A DNA stretch of 64,000 bases, from assembly GCF_009914755.1 (NCBI RefSeq), contig NC_060942.1; one strand, given 5' to 3'. The notes beneath the pieces were generated by a model. That model worked only from the letters and a program-made list of their open reading frames with translations. It had not been told where the DNA came from and made no database searches. The DNA is from the human T2T-CHM13v2.0 reference genome, Homo sapiens. The translations under genes and the position numbers were made by a program. Of the stretch, positions 45,933 through 63,499 are shown piece by piece. The number at the start of each line of letters is the position of its first letter. Within the stretch, counting starts at the first letter, position 1.

Positions 45933-46333
45933 TGGGTTAGTCTATTCTGCATTGCTATAAAGGAATAGCCAGAGGCTGGGTGATTTATAAATAAAATAAT
46001 TTTATTTGGCTCAAGGTTCTCCAAGTTGTACAAGCACGGTACCAGCATCTACTCAGCTTCTGGTGGGGCCTCAGGAAGCTTTTAGTCATGGTAGAAGGGA
46101 AGGGGAGCTGGTGTGTCACGTGGCGAGAGAGGGAACAAGTGAGAGAGGGAAGGAGGTACCAGGCTGTATTTAACAACCAACTCTCAAGTGAACTCAGAGC
46201 AAGAACTAACTCATCACCGTGGGGAGGGCACCAGACCCTTCATGAGCCAAACGCCTCCCTCCAGATCCCTTTCAACACTGGGGATCACATTTCGCCATGA
46301 GATTTGGAGGGGACAAACATCCAACCCATATCA
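45933..46333 (-). mobile_element. MSTA/MSTB MaLR solo LTR
   Basis: ttagtctattctgcattgctataaaggaata ... gagatttggaggggacaaacatccaacccatatca. Confidence 0.88.
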
Positions 46334-48750
46334 CGCACACACATACAATATGTTACATTTTATTCCTAAGCTTCCCAATCCTAACCTACCAGCTCATTTC
46401 CAGAAATCACCTTGAAAATTGCTCTTTTACCAACTAAATCAATTATTGACAATTAATTATATTTGTAAAAAAAAGGCAAGATAAATGTAGACATTTCTCA
46501 GTTACATTAAAATATCTATGAGTTAAAATGTAATTTTAAAACTTGAGTAAAATCTAGAATTCATGGGGAAAATGGTTGTTTTTTTCAAAAGGGAAGGAGC
46601 TAAAGGGAAAAATATGTTTTTTTATAGAAATAAAGATATCCTTTTATAAAATTTAATTCCTTAGACCCTATTTTGTGTTACCATGTAATTTTTGTTAATA
46701 TTACAATTTTTAAATTTCTTTCAGGACTTAAATGTCACGTCATGCTCTAGAAAGACATAAATGTCATGACACTCTCTCGAAAAGTGAGTTCACATAATAT
46801 GTAAAAATTAACATGCAGCAGAGCTGTTTAATTTTATGTTGCTGGCATAACAAATATACTGTTTATTTTCCTTTCCATTGTTGATTTAAAATATTTAATC
46901 AGTTATTCTCTTATGAATGCTACAGCTCGTATCACCTTTGGATGCTTTGAAATCACATAATAACTGTTACTTGGCTTTCACCTTACTACTAAAGCAAAAG
47001 ATGGCCCAGAACTGGCCCTTTCCAGAGAGAGTGGTGTCCCCAGCCACCTTCTGTCAAATATATTACTTTCCAATCCATGATAAAGGAGAGAGAATGGCAA
47101 AGACAGTAATATTGGGAGAGACAGAATATATTAGTCTTGATCTTGAACATACCAGAGAGATACCTGTTCACCTCGTGGTCAGGAAGATAGCCCTAGCTCA
47201 TCCTATGGTACACTCTCACTGTACTATATATCAGAATTCTAAATTATATAAAAAAAAGTTCATGCCATACAGAGGGAGAAAGCCTACAGTGTCCTCATTT
47301 CTTTTAATCCCATCTTTCCCAGGGGATTTTAGCTGACTCTAAGCTCTAGAGTCATGTTCACTCACAGATGTATTCTTATTCAACAATAACAAGAGGTGGG
47401 GCAGCCCTGGAGCAGATATTTGACCATTAATTCTATTATGTCTCAGAAAAATGTTGGCTATTTTTTAAATTGCCAACCTGTTCCTTTCTCAAAAGGAAAA
47501 GAAGCATCAGAAATGTATCTTTTTTTATCATCTTGCTGTACTTGTTGTGTACTCTTGTAAATTTATTACAGAAAATAAGAACAATTTCACTGCTGATTAC
47601 AACAGGAATGCGTAATGTTACCACTTTCTCCATTTTTCTGTCTACACGCTAACAGAGTGGTTTTGTGAATAAAGGCAAGAGGAAGTGCAGGTAGACTGTC
47701 TTGGGAGTTACAGGATTAATACATGGTACATGCCAGTCCCCTTCTCTCTGTGAGCTAAAAGCATCTTGTGTTCTTCCACCTACAGAACTGGGTTAAAAGA
47801 TACTCTCCTGACAAAGTCAAGGATGCATATAAAATCTCACTGTTCATATAAAATAACTCTTCTACATAATTCACATTTTTCTTCACAATATTAAATAAAT
47901 ATTAACCTTTACATATGGTGGATGGTATTATACTTCTTCACCTTTTAAATATTTGATTTTGTTCCATCTACAACACTCCTGAGAATACATTATTAATGAA
48001 AATTGCAGCCAAAAATTTCTTAGAAATTATTCTATAATCTCTATAACATTTTGCTGCATATTAGGATTAAGTCATAAAACAGATTTTTATGAGAAATTTA
48101 TTTTGTGAGGCACAGTTTTTTAATGCTGTTCCATAATCATTTTAGGGTGATATTTTTCAAGACACAGACTTTCTGAAACTCAGCCATCTACAAGCTTTCC
48201 AGACTACCAGGACACAGTGAAAATAGTAAGGAACACTCGTCTCTTCTTTGCAGCAAACTGGCAAAGGCAAAAGGCAGCCAATGCAGAAGAACAATGAATT
48301 CTCAACTCTCTTGGGTGTTTTTAGGAATCTAGACAAGAATCTGTTGAAGAACTACCTAGTAAGAATTCACTGCTGCACCTGAACACTTGCTCTGAGTATA
48401 GGTACAACTTACTTCTGTGGGTTGTAGGAACCTGATGGACAGATGCAAGCTAGCCCAAGATTTCAGTCACTGTTGCTGCTAAGGACAGCCTCCTATGGAG
48501 CTGTCCTAAAAAAAATAACTCTGTGTAGATTTCAGGACCTCCAACATTTCATTGTAGAATGTTTCTAGGTAGTTGCAGATTTTAGTAAGCTTCCTAGAGG
48601 AACAGCACACTCAAGAGTGCACTCACAACAGCAAGAATGTTCTGTCTTTGAAAAATAATCTCAGGAAACTCAGAAATTTCAAATTTTGCTACTCAAGCTT
48701 GCAGTAACTTTTGTCATTGGTCATTTTCTGTCACTAATTACCAAGGCTTA

Positions 48751-49437
48751 TGAGACAGGAGGCAGGTAGAGGCTGGTTAGGCAGATAGAGAGGGAGGGTC
48801 TGGGAAGAGACAACACTTGCAAGACCGCACCTGCATTGCCCGTTATGTAGCATGCCCCATAATGCTAAGTTGGAACCCCTTTCTATACAACGTTAATAAG
48901 CAGTTTTACATTTCTAACCAGATATAACTTGTTTTGTAGCTAGCAGGAGGAAATATGACTAAGAACTTCCTTTTATACCAAGATCTCTGCTTAAAAGGGA
49001 CTTTCCAGCCACCCACACAGGTGCAGACAAGGATGAAGGGTGTCCTAAAATTACCCTGAACTCATTATAATGCCATTAGCATTGTGGTTTTAGCTACCCC
49101 CCATGGTTTTTGCTTAGGCACTCATGAGTAACCAAGATGGAGTCACTATGGACAACCCCAGGCATGCACAGTTACAACAACACTGGGGGGAATTTTACCC
49201 TCCAATTAAGGCAGAACCCACAGAAGACTTCCTTGTTTCCGCCACATAAAAGACCCAGAATTCAGCCCCATGTTTGGCAACTCTGTTTGGGTCCCCTCTC
49301 ACTGCTGAGAGCTTTTCTGTCACTTAGTAAATCCTACTTTGCCTTACTCACTCTCTGGTGTCTGCATGCCTTGTTCTTCTTGGTTGTGGGACAAGAACTC
49401 AGACTTCACTCAACTAAGGAGTAAGGAGGCTGCAACA
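48751..49437 (+). mobile_element. ERV1 solo LTR (MER50-like) carrying a foreign 70-bp insert
   Basis: TG...CA termini with a perfect 4-bp TSD CTTA (48747-48750 and 49438-49441). ttaggcagatag, gggtcccctctcactgctgagagcttt and agtaaa motifs. Confidence 0.8.
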
Positions 49438-50926
49438 CTTAGATTTAACGCAATGTCTTAATACATTGTTACCAAACTCCAACTATACTGGAAGGAAAAA
49501 TTTTTTTAAATGTATTTGTGTTTTTGTTTGGCTTGATTTAAGTTTTCTTGTTGTAGTTATCAATTCTTACAACATTTTAATAAATATTTGTTTTCCTAAA
49601 ACATTAAGAATTTAGCTCGGTGTTTATAATGATATATGGTTAATCTTTCTCTATATCTGGGTATTTTATAAAGATTCTACATATAATGTTAATATATTTG
49701 GGCACTTATCACATTACTATAACAGCATGCTAAGTTGGAACCTTTCTATACAATGTTAATAAGCAGTTTTACATTTCTAACCACATATAACTTGAATCTG
49801 AAACACTTCAGCTGATTTTTTTATTTTGTACCAGAACATCAGTCCATTATCTGTTGTTTTATATAATATTTGTGTGTGCATTATAGAAAAATTCTATATA
49901 ATACAATGTATTTGTATTGTAGAAAATGTCTGTTTCTTTCATATTTTATACATCTGTAGAATAAGTCTATCTTGACTTTTACCTCCATTACTTTTTGTGA
50001 TAAAATATTTATGTTCTCAATATATTAAACTATTTTTCATTATAAAATTAGCTTTATTTAAAATTTTCTAGCTAGGTATGATTTTTAAGCTATGAATACC
50101 TGAAAATATTAGAAAAAGTCTTCCATGAAAAGTGACTGCAAAAAATGCAAAACTACAAATTGTAGTTTGCATAAAACTTGCCAAAATAAACCCAGCTAAT
50201 AGGTATACACCAAAATAAGTATTAATAAAAATAAATGGCTTCAATATCATACTACAAAATTGGGAAAGATTAGAAAAAATAGATAAAATTTAAAAACAAA
50301 AGCATTAAAAATATTAACACATAACATTTCTTCTTGAGAGAGTTGAGAAATTTGTTAGAAAATGGTAATATTTGGTAAAAATAAACCTTCTTAATTTGGA
50401 AATACAAGTTGGACAGAAGGCTCAAAGAATGCTAAGAGAAAATGTTGTATATTTAAGTAATAGACTCTTTTCTGTAAGTGGATAAGTTAAAGTTACCATG
50501 TACATACTATAATGACACCTGTTTTTCCCTTGTCTGGAAAAATTTAAATTTAATCCTAGTTACAGGAAACATCTAAACAGAGGGAGCACTTCTTAAATGT
50601 GTGAGAGATATCTACAAGTCAGCCCACTGTAGTTCTTCATGGTTTTGAAAATATTTAGGAAAGATACACAGTGACTAAGTTTTTTGATGCCCCCATCTGC
50701 CTGAATCATATCAACAACACATTAGATAATATAATCTACCTACCAAAAAAGTTTGATATAGTGCACAAGAATATAGACAAAATAACTAAGGAAAGTCTAT
50801 CAAAATATTGTGAAGCAAAGTGTGGATGAATATTAAATGTTTTAAAAATATGTTAATCATGGGAAAATTGGACATAAAATGCTTTTAAAATGTCATTTAA
50901 AATAGCCCATAAAAGAAATAAATGAA

Positions 50927-51042
50927 GAGGATGAGGCAGGAGAATCTTTTGAACCTGGGAAGCAGAAGTTGCAGTGAGCCAAGATTGTGCCACTGCACTC
51001 CAGCTTGGGAAACAGAGCTAAACTCCGTCTCTAAAAATAAAT
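50927..51042 (+). mobile_element. 5'-truncated Alu (right monomer only)
   Basis: gaggcaggagaatc...ctccgtctc with an (AAAT)n tail. TSD aaataaatgaa at 50916-50926 and 51043-51053. Confidence 0.9.
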
Positions 51043-51919
51043 AAATAAATGAATACTTTTTGAATAATACTTATTCCATCAAATTGAAAATAGTCAAAAT
51101 ATCCATCTTTTTGTCAAGGAAAATAATGGAGGCACAGATTTTAAGAAGAAAGTGATTCCATGGGAGAAAGGAAACTGGAATGGATTTTTAAAATATAAGT
51201 GCTCACATACATAATTACAAAGAAATGCCAAAAATTAGACTGAAAGTAATAAAGATGAAAAGAAAAAAATACACTGGTAAAAACCAGGACAGCGACATGG
51301 AAATTTGAATTGAGAAAAAAAAGATTCCACAATGCAAAGGAGAAGAACAAGAGGTTAAGTTGATTAGATACAGGAGCTGGGTGTGTGACTATTAATGGTA
51401 AAGAGCCAGCATGTGGAATTCTGATCTTCTTAAAGGAGAGAGTACAGTGCGTTTAACGGAAATATATTTTTAAATATAGGAAAGTCTGTCTGATTACAGA
51501 AGACCTAAATCTGTAGATCGAAAGGATACACAATACATACCAATGAAGTTATTTGTATTTAACTGTCTGTGAAACATACATTGATTAAGTAATTGGATTT
51601 TGACAATAAAATAAAAACTAGTTTGGTTTTGAGAAAGAATTTTCCTGTCACTAGGAGGCTGGCCTCAGTCCTACCTCAGCAACAGAGTTGCTGGCAGATA
51701 ATGGAGCAGCATCCACTAAAACAATTCTGAGGGAGGAGCAAATGGGCCAGGAAATCGAGACCCTTTGAGTAATCCACCTTGACAAAGCAAAAGTCCTGGG
51801 GTTACCAAATCCATTTGCCGTCACAGAGTGTACCACAGTGTATTTTTTTCTCAAAAATTTGTTACTTATAAGCTAGGGTAAATAGCAACATGACTTTGAA
51901 TATCATATTCTAATAATGC

Positions 51920-52960
<1,041 letters not shown>

Positions 52961-52999
52961 GGAATGTAATTCCGTTATAACTGTCCATAAGCAGTGTGT

Positions 53000-53125
53000 C
53001 AGCCCAACTTAGCATCCTAACCAGACCATTTTTTAAAACTCAAAGGAAGTGTTATCAATATTTAAACCAGGACATCAGGCATAAAAGTGAATTTTCCTGA
53101 GCATGTTAGGTATATGCTTTTCCTA
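53000..53125. mobile_element. MER94-like hAT-Blackjack relic
   Basis: accaggacatcaggcataaaa and ggtatatgcttttccta resemble recalled MER94. Confidence 0.35.
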
Positions 53126-56100
53126 TGCTGCAGGTCATTTTATAAGTTATAATCATGGTTTACATCTTGTATTCCTATACTGATTATTTCTGGGAGGATC
53201 CTAAAACACTATAATTTATTTAAATTCAATGTGTATATTAACTTCCAAACTCTTCATTTCATTTAAATCTTCTTTATTGAACTTCAGATATACTTTCCAT
53301 TGGTATGTTAAGAATTTAATGGTTCTAAAATCAATTAATATTCTATTGTACTTAAGATGTTATAGGCATACTTCTGCTTATTATTTTAATAACCTAACCT
53401 TTAGTATCCTAAGTAAGCCTTATGGACTCTTGAGAAAATATTTAGGTTGGCTGAACCTTGCAAGCATTAAAAAAAAAAAAAAGCAGTTTCTGGTTATCTG
53501 ACAAATGGAAACAGAAGCATTCACAGATAATTGTGCCTATTTGATGTATAGAATGCATATGTAATCATCTGATGACAGGTTTTTGAAACTTGGCTCTACT
53601 ATGACCACTGGAAATAGGTATGTAAATTATTTCAACCATACAACATGTAAGCAAGTTTGAATAATTATTTCCTATAAACTAGTTTCAAGGTGAATTACTG
53701 AGAAATTTCCACATGTAAAAATGTAGAAAAAACTTTAAAGGTAGCATAGTTCCACATTTTTTTCCGAAGAGTGGTTCAATTTCTCTCATCTCGATGCATT
53801 ATTTTTAGCACATGCTCCATTTCTTTCTGTGTTAACTCATTTAAAAACAATATGTCACTTACTCTGAAACAAAAGTAAGCACCCAACCCCCACAAAAAAA
53901 AAAGTTGATATCATTTTACTGGAGTTTTGAAAGCACTTGTTTATGCAGAATTGTGAGGCTTTGCAGTGGGTAACAATTATCTTCCAAAGTGGGTAAAAAA
54001 CTACCGCATATAAATATATTGCAGCTTAAAATTTCATCTCTTGGATGCTGGTAAAGAAAGAAGTAAAACTAAGGAAACAAATAAACCAATATTACATCCT
54101 GCTGCAGTCCTCTCAGTGGGCTGTATGATATTTCTTCATGAATAAAGATGGAGTAAACCACATTTGTAGCATAATAACAAAAGGTAATTAGTGTCATCTA
54201 TTCACCACTGTTAGAATTTGACTAGAGCAATTTGATTACGTTTATCACATTCTAAACTTTGAGTAAGTTTTTCAGCTCTGTAATGCAGTTAGTGGTGAAG
54301 TGTGCAGAATAAAAGTCAGCTTCCCAGTATGATTGATGAGCAACGACTCAGAGGGATGGAACTGAAAAAAAGGAAAGGAAAAAAAGAGTAGGAAATTGTA
54401 ATATAGATACTGCCTATTGGTTTTTAAGTAAATTTCATCTAAACCAGTTTGAATCTGTGGCAAAACTTACATAAAAGTAGCAGTACTTCTTTCCAAACAA
54501 ATACAAAATCGAATGTGTGTGTGTGGAAGAAGGTTTCCATGTCCATACAGATGGAAAGGAAATAATATTTATGAGAAATGCATTACTAGACTTTGTTAAA
54601 ACAGCAAATTAATTTCTCATTTTTAATTTAGAATCATTTAAGATAATATGTTTTAACATATATTAGTAATATATTAATTGAAACATGTAAAGCAAAAAGT
54701 CTCCATAGTGTTTAAGATACTAAATTATGAATGAATAAGTACTATTTCAGTCTCACATATTAACATTTTCTGGTTAAAAATTCTACTAACTTAGGTATTT
54801 TGTGTTTATTTTTAGCTCCCCCACTAGCATACATATAGTTCAGAAATATTTTGTGAATCAACTAAAAGAGTTAGATGCGGAGCTAGTCCCAGGAAAACCA
54901 GGAGCTCAGGGTCATTTACGGGAATTCAAAGATAGGAGGACATGGAAAATTTTGACAGGAGAGACATCTGAAGCCATAAGACTGTTGGGATAAAGCCACC
55001 AAAGCCTAGATAAAGTATGGAATAAACAACAGAGTAAGCGGGGACAGGGGAGAGATCACTGACTCTGGAAGAAAAGTAGCCCTGAATCAGAATCAGTAAT
55101 GAGATTATGGAGATGACCTCCTGTGTCAGTTACGTGCCAACACTGTCCCAAGGATGCACTGGAAAGAAACCAGCACCCTGGATTCAAGGGACTTACGATT
55201 TCAGGAGAATATACAATAAGCAAAAAAAAAAAAAAGAAAAAAAAAAGAAAAAAAAAATTTTAAAAAAAAGCACATTTTGTTTTATGAAAGAAGGCAAGGC
55301 ATGCCACAGAGATGAAAAAAACAGCACTAAAGTAGCTTCTTCGAGTTCTCCTTTTTAAGAAGGATTTGTTGAGGCAAACACTGGAATGAACTGAAGGAAT
55401 TAGGAATGTAGAAATCCAGGAGAAGAGCATTCCAGGCAAAAGAAATAGCCAATGCAAGGACACCAAAAATTCCCTTTGGCCTCCTTTCACTCAGTCTTGC
55501 CTTTCTTGTAGATGATCAATCTTGTGATTGCTATGACCATAGCCAAGTTCTATTTGTTCTTTAATTTCATATAAATGGGATAACGTGGCACATTTTCTTT
55601 TGTGCCTACCTTCTGCACTATGATAATGTTACAATGATTCATATATATTTTTCATGTTTTGGGATGTTGAGTGATATTTAATTGAATGACTCTACAGCAA
55701 GTTATTCCTTCTTAAATGGAGGGTTATACAAAAAAGAACACAAAGCTGCTATGAAAGACATGTTTGCACAAGTATGACATGAAGCTGCATAACTATACAG
55801 ATGTTTTGTGGACATTTGTTTTTGTTGCTCATATACACAATGGCCGAACTTCTAGGTCATAAGGAAGGCACATGTTTAATTTTATAACAAAATGACAGAT
55901 GGGTTTCAAAAGTGGATGCATGATTTTATACTCCCAGAAACAATTTATACATAGCTCCACATCTTCACCAATATTTGATGTTCTCAGTCCTCATATATGT
56001 GTATGTGTGTGTGTATACTACATACACACTGTGTTTAAATTAATAAACACTTTTTTAAAGTATGTTTAGGTTCACAGCAAAACTAAATGGAAATAATAGC

Positions 56101-57684
56101 AATTTCCCATACACACCCATCCCCCAAAACACACACAATCTGCCCCACTATCCACATCCTGAACCTTGATGGCATATTTGTGGCAACTCATGAAACAACA
56201 CTGACACATCGTTATCACCCAAAGTCCTTAATGTACCTTAGAGTTTGCTCTTCGTGATCTACATTCTATGGGTTTTGGCAAAGGTATAATGACATGTATC
56301 AACCACTGTAGTTACAAACAGAATAGTTTCACTGCCCTAAAATCCTTTGTGCTTCACCTGTTCATCTCTCCCTCCCCATTAATTCCTTGCAACCACTGAT
56401 CCTTCTACTGTCTCCATAGTTTTACCTTTTCCAGAATATCATATAATTAAAATCATTCAGTAGATTTTCAGATTGGCTTATTTTACCCAGGAACATGCAC
56501 TTGACGTTCTTCTATGTGTTTTTGTAGCTGGTAGCTAATTTCTTTTTATCACTAATATTTGATTGCATGAATGTACCACAGTTTGGTTTTCCATTCACCT
56601 TTTCAAGGACATCTTGATTGTTACCACATTTAGGCAGTTATGAATAAAGCTGATATAAATATCCATATATAGATTTTTGCCTGGACATACGTTTTCAGTT
56701 TATTTAGGAATATAGAAAAGAGTGTGAATTCTGGTCATATCATAAGGGTATGTTTAGTTTTATAAATAACTGCATAAGTGTCCTCCAAGGTGGTTGTGCT
56801 ATTTTGTAGTCTGACAATCAATGAGAGTCCTGTTGCTCCATATCCTTGCCAGCATATGGTGGTGTCAGTATTTTGGATTTAGGCCATTCTAATAGGTGAG
56901 TAATCATATCCCACTGTCATTTTAATTTGCAATTCCTTAATGACATATGATGTTGAACATATTTTCATATGCTTACTTACTATCTATATATCTTCATTGG
57001 TGAGGTGTCTATCCAGGTCTTTTGCCATTTAACTGTGTTGCTTGTCTTCTTCTTGTTTAGTTTTAAGTGATCTTTGTATGTTTTGGATGACAGTGCTTTC
57101 TTAGATGTGTCTTTTGCAATGATATTCTCTCAATCTGTGGCTCATCTTCTAATTCACTAGACATTGCCTTTCACAGGGCAGAAGTTTTTAATTTTAATAA
57201 AGTCCCACTTATCAATTGTTTCTTTCATAGATCATACACTTTGTGTTGTATCTAAAAAGCCAAAATCATACATAAAATACCCAGGTTTTCTTATGTTATC
57301 TTCACAAGTTTTAGAGTTTTGCATACTGTATTTCTGTTTATGATTTATTTTGAGTTAATTTTTGTGAAAGGTGTAAGTTCTGTGTCCAGATTCATTTTTT
57401 TCCTTGTGGATATTCAGTTGTTCCAGCACCATTTGGCAAAAAGTCTTCTTTTGCTCTATGTATTTCCTTTGCTTATTTGTCAGTCAGTTGACTATACTTA
57501 CGCAGGTCTATGTCTGGGCTCCCTATTCTGTTTCATTGATCTATTTGTCTGTTGTTTTGCCAACACCATACTGTCTTGATTATTTAAGCTTTCTGGTAGG
57601 TCTTCAGGTCACGTTGTTTCAGGCCTCTGACTTTGTTTTTCTTCTCTTCTTCTTCAATATTGAATAGGCTATTCTGGGTCTTTT

Positions 57685-57991
<307 letters not shown>

Positions 57992-59117
57992 CATTCTGGG
58001 TCTTTTATCTTTCCATACAAACATTAGAATCAGTTTGTTGATATACAAAATAATAATGATAATAATAATAATAATAACCTACTGGTATTTAATTGGGATT
58101 GTGTTTAATGTATAGATACAGTTGGGAAAAACTGAGCTCTTGACCTTATTGAGTCTTTCTGTCTATGAAAATTGAGTATTTTATTTTATTTATTTATTTG
58201 CTCCGTTCAATCAGATTTTGTAATTTCCCTCAGATACATCTTGTATATATTTTGTTAGATCTACACAAAGGGGTTTCATTTTATTAGGTGGAATGTCAAT
58301 GTTAATGCCTTTTTAATTTTAAATTTTACTTCTTCATTTTTGGTGTATAGGAAAGTGATTGACTTTCACATATTAATCTTTGTATAACTGCTACAACATT
58401 CCTATAATTGTTTAATAGTTCCAGGAGCTTCTATTTGGCCAATTCTTTTGGATTTTCTATGTAGGGAATGTTTTTATCTGAGAACAAAGACAGTTTTATT
58501 TCTTCCTTTCCTATCTGTATATCATTAATTTCCTTGTCTCTTCTTACTGCATTATCTAGGGATTATTTCCCGCCATTCCAAGTTTGCTTAAACTTTGAAT
58601 GCTTGTGTATGTAAATGAGTATTGAATTTTGTCAAATGTTTTTCTGCATGTAATGACATGATCTTATGGTTGTTCTTCAAACTGTTGATGTAAAGGCTTA
58701 AGCTAATTGACTTCTGAATGTTGAAAAAGCTTTGAATACCTGGGATAAGTCCCATTGGCTGTGGTGTATAGTTATTTTTATACATTGTTGGATTCAACTT
58801 GCTAATATCTTATTGATAGTTTTACATTTATATTTATGATATATATTGATCTGTAATTTTATTTTCTTGTAATGACTTTGATTTTGGTATTGGGGTAATG
58901 CTGGCCTCGTAAAATGAGTTAGAAAGTATTTCCTCTGTTTCTGTCTTTTGTAAAAGATTGTAAAAAAAAAAAAAAAGGTATAATTTCTTCTTTAAACATT
59001 TGGGAAAATTCACTGGTGAACTGATCTGGGCATTGTGTTTTATGTTTTGGAAGGTTATTAACAATTGATTCAAATTCTTTTATAAATTGGTCTCTTCATA
59101 GTATCTTTTTCTTCTTA

Positions 59118-60866
<1,749 letters not shown>

Positions 60867-61734
60867 AAAATTGTGAAAGTAAAGTTGTTCCCAATATTTA
60901 TTTATTATCCTCTTCATGTCCATGGGATGCATAGAGAGACACTTCTTTCATTTCTGATATTAGGAATTTGTATCTTCTCTCTTGTCTTAGCTAGCATGGC
61001 TAGATGTTTATAAATTTTATATATTTTTAGGAAAATTAGCTTTTAGTTATGCTGATTTTCTCTACTGATGTCCTATTTTCAGTTTTACTGATCTCTGCTC
61101 TAATTCTTGTTTTCTGCTTACATTGGACTTAATCTGCTCTTCTTGAAAGTGTTTTTAATTCTTGCTATTCTAGTTGATATGAAGTGGTATCTCACAATGA
61201 TTTTAATCTTTATTTCCCTCATAACGAATGGGGTTTAACCTTCTTTTAATATATACATTCTCATTTGTGATGTGTCTCTTTAAATATTTTTGTTTTTTGG
61301 TGGCAGATTGTTTACATTTTTGTTGTTAATTTGTAGCAGTTATTCATATATCCTAGATGCATTATCGTTAAGATATGTTTGGTGAAATTTACTTAGAATC
61401 TCTAGTTTGGCTGTTAATTTTCCTATTTATGTATATTGAAGAATAAAGATTATAAATTTGGATCAATTCTAAGTTATCGTTTTTTATGATATTTTTTCAT
61501 GGCATGTAAAGAAGTCTTTTCCTACCCCCAAATCATAAATACATATTTTTCTATGCTTCCTAGAAATGTAATAGTTTGGGATTTCTGTATAGGTCTATTA
61601 TCCACAGTAATTTTTTATATTATATGAAGTTATGTTTGAGGTTTATTTTTATACATATATTCAGTTGTTGCAGCATTATGTTTCCAATTACATTTCCTCA
61701 TCTTCAAAAATTAATTAACTGATACACGTGGAAG

Positions 61735-62440
61735 AGGCATAGCAGAAGTGCCACGATTCCACTTTCTCGGCCACGTTGCTAACATATTAGCAACTTCCTG
61801 TTTCTGTTCTTTAGAATACTCACTCGCAGAACCCTGAGCTGTCACAGAAGCAGCCCAGGAACCTTGGTGACCAACCATGTGGGAAGGGAGAGTGGCCCAT
61901 CTGAGCCCAGCCAACTGACATTTCTAAACAGGCACTAGGCTTGTGAACGAAGCCATCTTGGAGCCTCAAGCTGCATACCATCAAGTATGCACCACTTTGT
62001 GGTGACAAAACATGGGGCAGAAGAATTGCTCACCTGGTCCCTGGCCACATTCCTGGACTACATATTAGTGAAATAGAATCAGCTTTGTTTGTTTTAAGTC
62101 ACTAACATTCAAAGTAGTTTGTAATGCAACAGTAGATAACTAGAATATAATTTGGTGCTTAGAATTTAGGTGCTGATGTAAGACATGCAGCTTTGGCATT
62201 TGGATTGGAAAACAGAAGTTAAAAGGATACAAGAAAACTGTCTGTGAATAACAATTATTTTAGGCTACAGATAAGGACAACCTAGTTTTGCACTGACAGA
62301 ATAATTAGCAAAAATTCACCCTACATAATGTGAAAAATACAAAGTGCACCCAGTGAATTCACGGGCTCCACTAGGGAAATTCCAGAAAGCACCATGTGGC
62401 TTCTACTAATTGCCTAATAAAATATGAAGATAGGGAGATA
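61735..62440 (+). mobile_element. MLT1G/H-like LTR followed by start of MaLR internal sequence
   Basis: gtgaacgaagccatcttgga and tttaagtcactaa..gtagtttgtaatgcaacagtagataactagaata (LTR end ~62147), then aatttggtgcttagaa. Confidence 0.7.
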
Positions 62441-62629
62441 AATCAGAAAATCACCATTTAACAATGACCCTTGTAATCATAGATTGAGACAAGAATCATC
62501 AATGATGCTAAAAGTGATGACTGAGTTTGATTAGATTCAGAACAATTTCATATTTTAAAAATATCTCCACACAAAATACATACTACAGGCACATCATTAT
62601 TATGTAATACTTTCAACATTATTGTTAAT

Positions 62630-63090
62630 ATATTCTTTACAGTGAAAAAATGTCAGACACCATCTTAAATGACATTTTTCTAACTCCCTGGGATAAATCC
62701 ATATTGTATGCCTCCCAATACCATGCACTGAGAGGACTGCATTATTATGTTTGTGGTTTTATGGCTTAAGTGCATAAGTCATGAATTATCACCGTAACCC
62801 TGCAATGTATCTTGGACCTAAAAATGATATTTTTAAGTAAATTGGTGAAATAAGTTTGGTTCTGTGTATTAAATGGTAATAGGGGAGTAATATTCCTTTA
62901 CTGAAGTTAAAGTTGACCTCTGAATAGAAACAGAATGTCCTTGTTCTTATACACACTAATGTATTGAGAGAAAAGGGGTAACTCATCAGCAAGTTACATG
63001 CAAGTTATAAAGTAGCTATGTGTGCTATTTCTGCAACTTTTCTACATATTTAAAAGTAGTTAAAAATTAAAACCTTATCAAAAAAAGAAA
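62630..63090 (+). mobile_element. L1MC/MD-like 3' UTR fragment
   Basis: tttacagtgaaaaaatgtcagacaccatctta and tgtgctatttctgcaacttttcta motifs, with an A-rich end. Confidence 0.55.
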
Positions 63091-63499
63091 TAATACTTCT
63101 GGCTAGAAGATTGTCGGCACAGAGATGGAGAAACTCTGGATCTATATGTGCTAATTTTTGTAGACTTTGTTTTTCTCTAATAATAACCATCTAGAGTATT
63201 TTTCATTCAGTCAGCACTTGTGGACCTCTGTAGAGTTCAGTTAACACCTGTAATCTCCCCGTGTTGCTAATTAAAAATATTGATAACAAAATACCACATT
63301 TTAGTATACATTTGCTGATATAACCTCTAGAATACTCAGAGTTGGATTTTGATTTAACTAGGAATCCTGGAGCTGTGAGATAATGTGGAAAATACATACA
63401 TTTTTAATATGTGCTATTTACCTTGATTCTGTAAGGCCTGATTTTCAATACCGAAGGATCATCTTTATTGACAGAAATCTGAATTCAAGGGACATGGAG

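Noticed and set aside
46728-46783. Degenerate ~29-bp tandem with a tgtcatgaca palindrome (similar weak 30-bp tandem at 63206-63255)
   Set aside because: Too short and degenerate to distinguish from background.
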